DNA from: a virus
Lineage: Duplodnaviria; Caudoviricetes
Length of the DNA stretch: 56,163 nucleotides
IMG/VR virus record: IMGVR_UViG_3300030433_003430
Coordinates: 1 to 56,163 of that record
Reading direction: 5' to 3' (one strand)
Shown here: piece after piece, positions 1 to 6,963 of the stretch
Numbering within the stretch: position 1 is the first letter of the stretch
Layout of the letters: every line of letters begins with the position of its first letter
Program-made: the position numbers and the translations under genes
Notes under the pieces: generated by a model
What the model was told of the DNA's origin: nothing
Seen by the model: only the letters and a program-made list of their open reading frames with translations
The model's database searches: none

Positions 1-53
1 GCAGACTGGTTCTCATTTATAAATCTTTTCCAGTTTTCAAGTAGTTGTTTCAT
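1..53 (-). CDS. 5' end of a hypothetical protein with the shared N-terminal tag (runs off window)
   Basis: Hand translation of 53->1: MKQLLENWKRFINENQS...; the ATG overlaps the TAA of the 53..148 ORF (TAATG). Confidence 0.75.
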   Translation of the reverse strand, partial: MKQLLENWKRFINENQS

Positions 54-148
54 TACTTTTCCTTACAACAGCAAGTACAGCAGCCGCAACAGCAGCAGCA
101 GTGTGCGTCGTTAAATAAGTTCTTTAATCTGTGTAATACCTTTTTCAT
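53..148 (-). CDS. 31-aa cysteine-rich peptide (not in ORF track)
   Basis: MKKVLHRLKNLFNDAHCCCCCGCCTCCCKEK*; GGAGG 9 nt upstream of the ATG; fills the gap between neighbours exactly; stop coupled to the next ATG. Confidence 0.75.
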   Translation of the reverse strand: MKKVLHRLKNLFNDAHCCCCCGCCTCCCKEK

Positions 149-151
149 TTT

Positions 152-604
152 TTATTCCTCCGCTTTTACGCAGTTTCTGTATGTCTTGCCATACATCTTT
201 TTTGTTTTTCTTTTTGGATGAGTCTTGTAACCTTTTTGGCAGCGCTCTTCCAAGTCGTCTTCTGGCTCTTCGCTGGGGAACCTTTCTTGGTCGTATGGGG
301 CGTCTTGGTTTAGATATCGAAGGGCTTCTTCTGCAAACTCTTCTCCCATATCTTGGTCTTCGTTGTTATAAACAAACAGAGGCGGGTCACTTGTTGGATC
401 GTAATCAGCAACATATTCCTCACCATCAGTCATTTCTATTTTATAGAATTCTCTGCCTTCAGGGGCTTTGAGCGGTGAAGAGGCTTTTATAAAATCGCTT
501 GCTTCTTCATATGAGACAGGCTCCATGCTCTTTATTCTATAATCTTCTCCGAAATCTTTGTATTCGTTTACAAACTTTCTCCATTCATTCAGTATCTCTT
601 TCAT
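152..604 (-). CDS. hypothetical acidic protein with N-terminal tag and C-terminal CxxGY...NCV motif
   Basis: Likely start at MKEILNEWRKFVNE (604; AGAGGA upstream) rather than 634; C-terminal CQKGYK...YRNCVK resembles a short motif recurrent in T4-like phage hypotheticals. Confidence 0.7.
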   Translation of the reverse strand: MKEILNEWRKFVNEYKDFGEDYRIKSMEPVSYEEASDFIKASSPLKAPEGREFYKIEMTDGEEYVADYDPTSDPPLFVYNNEDQDMGEEFAEEALRYLNQDAPYDQERFPSEEPEDDLEERCQKGYKTHPKRKTKKMYGKTYRNCVKAEE

Positions 605-1250
605 CTTCATTTTCCTCTGGTTCTGGTTCTTCACCTTTCTTTACCAACTCTTTATCTACAATATCATAGCCTTCCACAACTCCTACATTTTCGTAGTCAA
701 AGCCGGGAAGTATGGCAATCTTTTGTTCTGGGAACTGACCGTTCACAATAAACGAACAAGCCTGACCTACCACTTCTGTAAATAGTGCTGGGTATGCTGC
801 TGGTGGCACGGTCTTTATGTGGCTGTTGTAAGAAGCAATTTCACCTCTACCATCAAAGTTTGTATTCCTTTGAATGTGTGTCATGTAATCATGGACTGCC
901 CTAAACTTCTGGTTTGTTTCTGGGTCAAATACCGCATGATCTGAATCAAGTGTGGAGATTTTTAAGACTTTGTTTTGATTAACATCTTGTCTTAATTCTT
1001 CAGCAGTTTCATATGGGTGCTCATCTACAAATTGGACATCTACCCTTTTGCTAATTTTATCAAACATATTGTTGACAAAAGGGATCATAGCCTTAAACGA
1101 ATCAACGGCCGCATCCTCGTATTCAGGGGCAGCAGCATAAGCCTCTGCAACTAATTGGCAATACTTATCCCAACCATTTGGTCCGGGCTTAAGCATTAGG
1201 GCTTCATTTAGGGCGACAAACTTTCGCCATTCTGTTAGAATCTCTTTCAT
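585..1250 (-). CDS. hypothetical protein, N-terminal tag plus FRAVHDxxxH...GE putative metal-binding motif
   Basis: MKEILTEWRKFV start; FRAVHDYMTH and RGE motif; ATGA-coupled to the upstream gene. Confidence 0.7.
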   Translation of the reverse strand: MKEILTEWRKFVALNEALMLKPGPNGWDKYCQLVAEAYAAAPEYEDAAVDSFKAMIPFVNNMFDKISKRVDVQFVDEHPYETAEELRQDVNQNKVLKISTLDSDHAVFDPETNQKFRAVHDYMTHIQRNTNFDGRGEIASYNSHIKTVPPAAYPALFTEVVGQACSFIVNGQFPEQKIAILPGFDYENVGVVEGYDIVDKELVKKGEEPEPEENEDERDTE

Positions 1251-1666
1251 TGCTCTTCACCTATATGTGAAATGCCAAACCTTTCTGCTAATAACTTAGA
1301 CAGATTGCTTGGGTCTTCGCTGTTTTCTGCTACGAGTTGCTTGACTTCCTCTCGCTTTTTATCCGAGAGCTCTTCTTTTCTATTCTCGTAGTCTTTTTCT
1401 ATCTGGGCTATGATCTGATGATATCTAGCCAACTCCTCATCTCTCAAAGCAATTTCTTTCTGATGAGTGCTGGTGAGAGTTTCTACCTCTTCTTTGTGTG
1501 CTTTGTCTTTTATTCCTAAAGCAGCCTTGGCTTTGTCAGCGTGGCTTTTGAAAAATACCCACACAAATACAGTATAGGCTACGGCGGCAAGAATTTTCCA
1601 ATACTTCTTGGCAAACTCCCAAACCTTTGCTGACCATATCTTTGCTATTAACCAAAATTCTATCAT
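1247..1666 (-). CDS. putative i-spanin (Rz-like): N-terminal TM plus coiled coil
   Basis: TM ILAAVAYTVFVWVFF followed by a charged helical region; directly downstream of the holin-like gene; start 1666 gives an ATGA overlap. Confidence 0.5.
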   Translation of the reverse strand: MIEFWLIAKIWSAKVWEFAKKYWKILAAVAYTVFVWVFFKSHADKAKAALGIKDKAHKEEVETLTSTHQKEIALRDEELARYHQIIAQIEKDYENRKEELSDKKREEVKQLVAENSEDPSNLSKLLAERFGISHIGEEQ

Positions 1667-1866
1667 TTTCCATGCTTCCACTGGGTTGCCAAGTCAGTAA
1701 GACCTTGCACCCCAATATATGCTAAAGAAATTGCTACCCAATCGCTTGAGTCAAGCGGGGTGCGCTCAGTAAGCATAAGCCCTGTGGCTGTAAGCCATAC
1801 CATAAGTTTCCTAGAAACTAGTTTTGTAAGTAATTTATCTAGTCCATGCCTAATTACAGTCATCAT
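1663..1866 (-). CDS. putative holin (2 TM)
   Basis: 67 aa, KLVSRKL then a hydrophobic helix, second helix with YIGVQGLTD, basic C-terminus; GAGGA RBS. Confidence 0.6.
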   Translation of the reverse strand: MMTVIRHGLDKLLTKLVSRKLMVWLTATGLMLTERTPLDSSDWVAISLAYIGVQGLTDLATQWKHGK

Positions 1867-1875
1867 ATCATCCTC

Positions 1876-2034
1876 TCAGCCTAATAAATCTGTTTTTTCA
1901 AAAAAAGCCAACGAAATAAACACTCCAGAAAGTATCCAAAGTGCCGTATCCATTGGCTCAATGACGACGAAACCAAAACAGAAGAATATCAAAGCCTTTA
2001 ATAAGTTAGACTGAAAAAATCTTTTTGATTCCAT
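1876..2034 (-). CDS. 52-aa two-TM membrane protein (not in ORF track)
   Basis: MESKRFFQSNLLKALIFFCFGFVVIEPMDTALWILSGVFISLAFFEKTDLLG*; fills the gap; ACTATTTA motif 4 nt upstream. Confidence 0.6.
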   Translation of the reverse strand: MESKRFFQSNLLKALIFFCFGFVVIEPMDTALWILSGVFISLAFFEKTDLLG

Positions 2035-2038
2035 ACTG

Positions 2039-2046
2039 TAAATAGT
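2039..2046 (-). promoter_or_regulatory. ACTATTTA motif (putative late promoter)
   Basis: Identical octamer in intergenic gaps at 2039, 3380, 13757 and 44295. Confidence 0.55.
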
Positions 2047-2064
2047 TAGAATTTATAAATGATG

Positions 2065-2301
2065 CTATTTGAAGGTTCTTTCTTTGGAAGAATCATTCAA
2101 AGAGGAGATGAAAGACTTTTTAAGTTTCAACAGTCTATCAAACTTAACTTTGGTTTTGCTGTCTGTATAAAGAGCAGTTGGCTTTTTAATTTCACCATCA
2201 ATTACTTGCTCGCCAAAATCATAAAACTTAGCCTTTGGTTGGTCTGCCAAAGCGGTGGTAGTGAAAAGTGTGATTGCTACGACAACGAGAAACTTTTTCA
2301 T
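2065..2301 (-). CDS. secreted CglF/GltF-like small protein
   Basis: Sec signal (MKKFLVVVAITLFTTTALA); mature pattern YDF-x4-IDGE-x2-KP...KF-x2-LL-x2-KKSF, recalled as similar to the myxobacterial gliding protein CglF; AGGAGG RBS. Confidence 0.6.
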   Translation of the reverse strand: MKKFLVVVAITLFTTTALADQPKAKFYDFGEQVIDGEIKKPTALYTDSKTKVKFDRLLKLKKSFISSLNDSSKERTFK

Positions 2302-2333
2302 GGTGACCTCCTAAGTCATTAAGTTATGTATAT

Positions 2334-2362
2334 AATATACATTACAAAAAATCACTTGTCAA
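2334..2362 (-). promoter_or_regulatory. sigma70-type promoter for the CglF-like gene
   Basis: TTGACA (2362-2357), 17 nt, TATATT (2339-2334). Confidence 0.7.
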
Positions 2363-3372
2363 GCCATTTGTGAAGTTTTTTGTGTAACATTTTCTGGAGA
2401 AACTCTTGCTATCTGGTCCAATACATATCCGATGTCTTCTATCTTCTGGAGGTCTAAGATTCGGATGATTTTGTGCCTATCCTTGTTTCTTGGATCTTGC
2501 AGATATCTCTCCAAATGTCTTAGCACTATTTTGCCTTCATCATCAAAAAACATATCTTTATTAATGCCTTGAAGTTCAACCTTAATCCTTTTTAATTTTG
2601 CATATGTTTCTCTGGGATCTTTTAAATAACGGTAAAATTTTCGTCTCTTTATATCAGTGTCCTTTTGCTTTTTGGTAATGTTAGAAAATCGGATGCGACC
2701 TCTGCTTAGTTGTCTAGAGAATTCGTAATCTATACCATATTTTTGAGAAACAAGACCATCAACCGCATGTGCTAATTCTTCTACAAATACTTGCTTAATT
2801 CCATCCATATCAAGTGTACCTGATTTATCCAAATACGCATATGAATTGATGCCTATAAATGGTTTTCCAGATAGACCTCCGGGAGAGAAAAAGCCTCCGG
2901 GGAAGATATTATCCTCGTAAAATCTTTTTGCAACATACTCTGCACCGATGGCGTGTAACCGAGACACATTTGGTGTCGCTATGTTGACAATTGGTATGCT
3001 ATATATAATTTTTTTAATTGTTGGCAACACCTCTTCTTTATATACATCTAATCCATCTTGTAGTGTGCGGGTTGCTTCGTGGTTTGCCATGAAGTACCGA
3101 GCATATGATTTTTCTGCAATGCTGGAGTCGTAAGTCCTGTATACTACATCCCTCATCATGTCAGATATTCTTTTCATTGGCATCTTAGATGCCTTCGTTT
3201 TGAGAGATTTCCATTTTTTGTCATCGGCAACGGTGTTCAGATCAAGGCGATATCTCACAAACATATCAAGCGCTTCATCTACGGACATGTCACCCACCCC
3301 TTTCAGAATCTCCAATGATCTCCCTTTTTGCTCACTTACAAATTTATTCCAATTATCTAGTATTTCTTTCAT
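2359..3372 (-). CDS. hypothetical protein with N-terminal tag; zincin-like (EExxH variant)
   Basis: MKEILDNWNKFVSE start; FVEELAHAVD plus downstream YLKDPRETYA, arranged like an HExxH...E metallopeptidase core. Confidence 0.6.
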   Translation of the reverse strand: MKEILDNWNKFVSEQKGRSLEILKGVGDMSVDEALDMFVRYRLDLNTVADDKKWKSLKTKASKMPMKRISDMMRDVVYRTYDSSIAEKSYARYFMANHEATRTLQDGLDVYKEEVLPTIKKIIYSIPIVNIATPNVSRLHAIGAEYVAKRFYEDNIFPGGFFSPGGLSGKPFIGINSYAYLDKSGTLDMDGIKQVFVEELAHAVDGLVSQKYGIDYEFSRQLSRGRIRFSNITKKQKDTDIKRRKFYRYLKDPRETYAKLKRIKVELQGINKDMFFDDEGKIVLRHLERYLQDPRNKDRHKIIRILDLQKIEDIGYVLDQIARVSPENVTQKTSQMA

Positions 3373-3379
3373 AACAATG

Positions 3380-3387
3380 TAAATAGT
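3380..3387 (-). promoter_or_regulatory. ACTATTTA motif (putative late promoter)
   Basis: 7 nt upstream of ATG 3372, which has no SD sequence. Confidence 0.55.
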
Positions 3388-3392
3388 ATTAA

Positions 3393-6300
3393 TTATTGAT
3401 TAACGCATGCAAAACCGTCTACTTTATCAATTTCAATTGTCATATCAGCAATATCTTTCAAATGATCTACATGTGAGATAAGCAACACGGTTTGGTAGTA
3501 AGATTTTACCATATCTAGGATCCGAATGAATCCTTCCATGTTTTCTGCATCCAAAGCAGTTGCTGGTTCGTCCAAAATGAAAATAGAACCCTTTGGTAGC
3601 GAAGATACAGACAGCAAAGCCAGCCTAATTGCCATGGCAGCGATAGTTTTCTCTGCCCCAGAGCCCATTTCAATCGGTCTAGCCTCATATTTAGGGTGTT
3701 TGATGAAAATGTCTAGTTTGTTGCCCTCAGATTCAAAAAATACTTCAAAATCAACAACATTAGCCAATACTTTGCTAATCTCTTCGTTGATTACTGGCAG
3801 TTTCTTTTTAATAACATCCAAAGAAATACCGTTAGTGTGCATACATCGCATGAACAGGTCGTAGGCAGCAAAGTTGTCTCGGAGAGTTTCCATTTCCTCT
3901 TTCTGACTTGCAAGGTTTTCCAGTTTCTGTTCTAGAGATCCTCGCTCCTTAATCAAGCCAACAATCTCTTCGTTACATTCATCTAAGATTATTTGTTGAC
4001 TTTTGAGGTTATTTTGCTGTTCTACCTTTTGTTCAAGGAGTTGCTCCAAGTTCTCAATAGCCTCACGATTTTCTTCGTATTCCTCTATTTTTCCTTGAAG
4101 TTTTTCAATTTCTAGAGTCAGTGTAGACACTTTGCTGTCATTCTTTTCAATGACGACTTCATTTCTGGATATTGTGTTCCAGATTTCTTCTCGCATCTCA
4201 AGAACTTCTTCGTACTTTTTGATCTTTTTTTCCACAGCAGTTGGATCTAACTTTTCTATTTCACTAAAAATCTTTTCAGAATCTTCTCGCAGTTCTTTCA
4301 AGTTTTGCTCAATCACGCAAAGACTGCTCTGTGCATTGTAAGCATCCTTAATGAACTTACAAGAAGAAAACTCATCACCACAAGGCACTTCAAGCAAGAG
4401 TTTAACTTTGTTTTTATTCTGGATTAGTCTGTATTCTTGCTGTTCAATAACCTGATTGGTAGAATCAAGTTTTGATTCATTGTCCTCAATCTGCTTTTGC
4501 TTCTCTTTCAGAGCAGCAATGTCAAAGTTGTTGATAACTTCATTAATACTTTTGTGATCATTGCGTTTTACCTTACAGTCATCCATTAACTCTTGAGATT
4601 CTTTCGTCAGGAGTTCAATTTGTTTTTCTTTAGATATCTGTTCTTCTTTGACCTCAACGATGTTGATGATCTCGGCTGGTATTGATTCTATTTTTCTTTC
4701 AATTTCTGTAATTGAGTTTTCTGTTTTTTCAACTGCACCAGAGTATTTCCTGCATTTATTCTCCTGCTGTTGCTTTGAGGCAGAGTTTTGCTCAAGGAGT
4801 TGTCTAACATCTTCAATTTCGGTATCATATTGTTTTCCTTCCAGAAGTTTTAAGGCTCCCTTCATATCCGCAGCATCTTCTTTGGCCTTCTTGAACTTCT
4901 TTTCAAAGATCAAAAGATCAAGAAACTTGCCTAAGATTTCTTTTCGCTTTGTGGAGCCTTCGTTGATAAAAGAGAGACTGCCCACTTGAGACGACATAGA
5001 AGTTAGCAGAAAATCATCTACTGTTCCAAACATCTTGCGAATGTTTTTGTCTGTGCCGTTTCTGCTATCGCCGTTGAGTTCTTCTTCTTCCTGCGTCACA
5101 TGATCGTAGCAGGAAAAGTTAATATCGGTTTTAGCCTCTAGGGTTTCTTCGCCTTTTAGTTTCTTGATATACTTAGTTGATTCCCTCTCAATTAGAAAAT
5201 CTTTTTGACCCACTGCGATCTCAAGGCGACCTAAACCACTATCTTTATTTTGGTTAATTACATTAAGATTTTTTCTTTCATTCTTGCTGGTAGAGTTAAA
5301 CAGAGTATACAACAGCCCATCAATAATGGAAGACTTACCAGAGTAGTTCTTGCCAAAAATACCAACGATTCCGTTGAGTTTAGTAAAGTCTACTTTGTTT
5401 CCTTCGCCATAGTTGAATAAGTTATCCCACTCAAAAGATTTAAGAGACCAATTAACATTTCTGGCTACCTCTTCCTCTTCTTCAGCCATGGTATTATATT
5501 TTCTGTTTAGTGAAAAAACTTTTTCTAATGTTTCTTTGCTTGCCTCATAATCTTTCAGATACTCTTTAATAAGTTTCTCTTGTACTTTAATATCTCGCAG
5601 ATCTTCAATGTTAATTCCATCAGTTATGTCATTGACATCTGCCCTTTGCCCTGATGCCTTGTTGAGAAAAGTAACACTTTCTGGCTTGAATCTACCCTTT
5701 GCAATATCCATTGCACGACGCATAACATCAAGAGGCAAATTATTAGTAGACACCAGTCGCAATCGTGCTCCGTCTGGCACTTCTAAGTTCTTTGGCATTT
5801 TACCTTTTGGTGTCAACTCAATAGTCACAAAAGGCTTTGGATTTGTAAGCGAGTAGTGCTCACAAGTAAAATTATCTTTATCTTCAATATCCCAAAGCAA
5901 GAACCCTTTATCTGGTGTCTCGCCAAAGTTCTGCTGAACCAGAGAGCCGGGATAAGCAACTCGCCCTTCGTCGTCTAGTTTCTGATATGTCTTATGAATG
6001 TCTCCAAGCAAAACATAGTCAAATGGAGCGAACTGGTCAATGTTGATATCACCATGTTCCATTACCCAGCCAGTGTCGGTGGTAACGCCAGCCACAGAGC
6101 CGTGGAAAAGAGCAATATTTACTTTGCTTTCGTCCGTTGGGTCAATCCATTTGTCCTCATCAACAACAGATAAAACATTTAAAACAAAGCCATTGCCCAA
6201 GTCTACCTCTTGCGAGAACTTATGGAAATGAATGTCCTTGTGGTCTAGTGCTTCAACGATAGGGGTTACAGCGTCAATACGTCCCGGATTACGCAGGTTT

Positions 6301-6545
6301 AGGTCATGGTTCCCAAGGATCACATGTAGAGGTGCTATGTCTGCTAGGTTCTCAAAAAGATTGGCTGTCATGTGAAAATAAGCAGGGCTTAGTTGTAGTT
6401 TAGTATGAGCCGTGTCGCCTGTGTTTACAATAATGTCTGGCTTGAGTTCTCGTAGTTTTTCATAGAGTTCCTCAAACACAGCGGTGTATTCTTCATGGTA
6501 CCGATGGTTGCGAATGTGAATGTCTGAAACATGTGCAATCTTCAT
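3393..6545 (-). CDS. Mre11/SbcD nuclease - Rad50/SbcC ATPase fusion (T4 gp47-gp46-like)
   Basis: Phosphoesterase motifs SDIH, TGD, GNHD, FHG, GDIH, YPGS; then Walker A GKNYSGKSS, coiled coil with central CGDEFSSC, signature GSGAE, Walker B IFILDEP and H-loop ISH. Confidence 0.92.
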   Translation of the reverse strand: MKIAHVSDIHIRNHRYHEEYTAVFEELYEKLRELKPDIIVNTGDTAHTKLQLSPAYFHMTANLFENLADIAPLHVILGNHDLNLRNPGRIDAVTPIVEALDHKDIHFHKFSQEVDLGNGFVLNVLSVVDEDKWIDPTDESKVNIALFHGSVAGVTTDTGWVMEHGDINIDQFAPFDYVLLGDIHKTYQKLDDEGRVAYPGSLVQQNFGETPDKGFLLWDIEDKDNFTCEHYSLTNPKPFVTIELTPKGKMPKNLEVPDGARLRLVSTNNLPLDVMRRAMDIAKGRFKPESVTFLNKASGQRADVNDITDGINIEDLRDIKVQEKLIKEYLKDYEASKETLEKVFSLNRKYNTMAEEEEEVARNVNWSLKSFEWDNLFNYGEGNKVDFTKLNGIVGIFGKNYSGKSSIIDGLLYTLFNSTSKNERKNLNVINQNKDSGLGRLEIAVGQKDFLIERESTKYIKKLKGEETLEAKTDINFSCYDHVTQEEEELNGDSRNGTDKNIRKMFGTVDDFLLTSMSSQVGSLSFINEGSTKRKEILGKFLDLLIFEKKFKKAKEDAADMKGALKLLEGKQYDTEIEDVRQLLEQNSASKQQQENKCRKYSGAVEKTENSITEIERKIESIPAEIINIVEVKEEQISKEKQIELLTKESQELMDDCKVKRNDHKSINEVINNFDIAALKEKQKQIEDNESKLDSTNQVIEQQEYRLIQNKNKVKLLLEVPCGDEFSSCKFIKDAYNAQSSLCVIEQNLKELREDSEKIFSEIEKLDPTAVEKKIKKYEEVLEMREEIWNTISRNEVVIEKNDSKVSTLTLEIEKLQGKIEEYEENREAIENLEQLLEQKVEQQNNLKSQQIILDECNEEIVGLIKERGSLEQKLENLASQKEEMETLRDNFAAYDLFMRCMHTNGISLDVIKKKLPVINEEISKVLANVVDFEVFFESEGNKLDIFIKHPKYEARPIEMGSGAEKTIAAMAIRLALLSVSSLPKGSIFILDEPATALDAENMEGFIRILDMVKSYYQTVLLISHVDHLKDIADMTIEIDKVDGFACVNQ

Positions 6546-6802
6546 TTTCCTTTCCTTACTAATTCAAGTTCTTTGTTCCAAACTGGAACTGGGTATTTTG
6601 AACCCATGGGTATGACCATGTAATAATACTTATTCCAGTCATGATTGGCTCCGTGTATTTTTCCTTTTACTTCTGAGATTATGCCGAGCGTTTCTAAGGT
6701 GTCTTTTACCATTACTAGGTCACCGACTTCAAAGGTTGGATGATGTCTAGAAACTTTATTGGCAGCATGTCTATCTGATTGTTGTCCACCCATCTTATCC
6801 AA
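6542..6802 (-). CDS. small KOW/SH3-like hypothetical protein (start uncertain)
   Basis: FEVGDLVMVK...GII..V...WNKELELV pattern; ATGA-coupled to the nuclease gene. Confidence 0.55.
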   Translation of the reverse strand: MDKMGGQQSDRHAANKVSRHHPTFEVGDLVMVKDTLETLGIISEVKGKIHGANHDWNKYYYMVIPMGSKYPVPVWNKELELVRKGK

Positions 6803-6903
6803 GCAATGTCCTTTTCTTCATCTATTTTTACTACAATTGCCAAAGGATTATCATCAGGAAGTCCTATAGGGCTTAGGTAATAAACTAGATCTCCTACTCT
6901 CAT
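6715..6903 (-). CDS. small KOW/SH3-like hypothetical protein
   Basis: MRVGDLVYY...AIVVKI...IRW...FLDII pattern; AGGGGAG RBS. Confidence 0.65.
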   Translation of the reverse strand: MRVGDLVYYLSPIGLPDDNPLAIVVKIDEEKDIAWIRWVDNNQIDMLPIKFLDIIQPLKSVT

Positions 6904-6906
6904 AAC

Positions 6907-6940
6907 AAAAAACTCCCCTACATAATAGCAGGGGAGTTTT
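6907..6940 (-). terminator. Rho-independent terminator after the lipoprotein genes
   Basis: Minus strand AAAACTCCCCTGC-TATTAT-GTAGGGGAGTTTTTT: 13-bp stem (one G-U) ending in a U tract. Confidence 0.75.
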
Positions 6941-6950
6941 GTAAAGTCAA
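6922..6950 (-). promoter_or_regulatory. sigma70-type promoter overlapping the terminator
   Basis: TTGACT (6950-6945), 17 nt, TATTAT (6927-6922). Confidence 0.65.
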
Positions 6951-6963
6951 GTTTTATTTTAAG

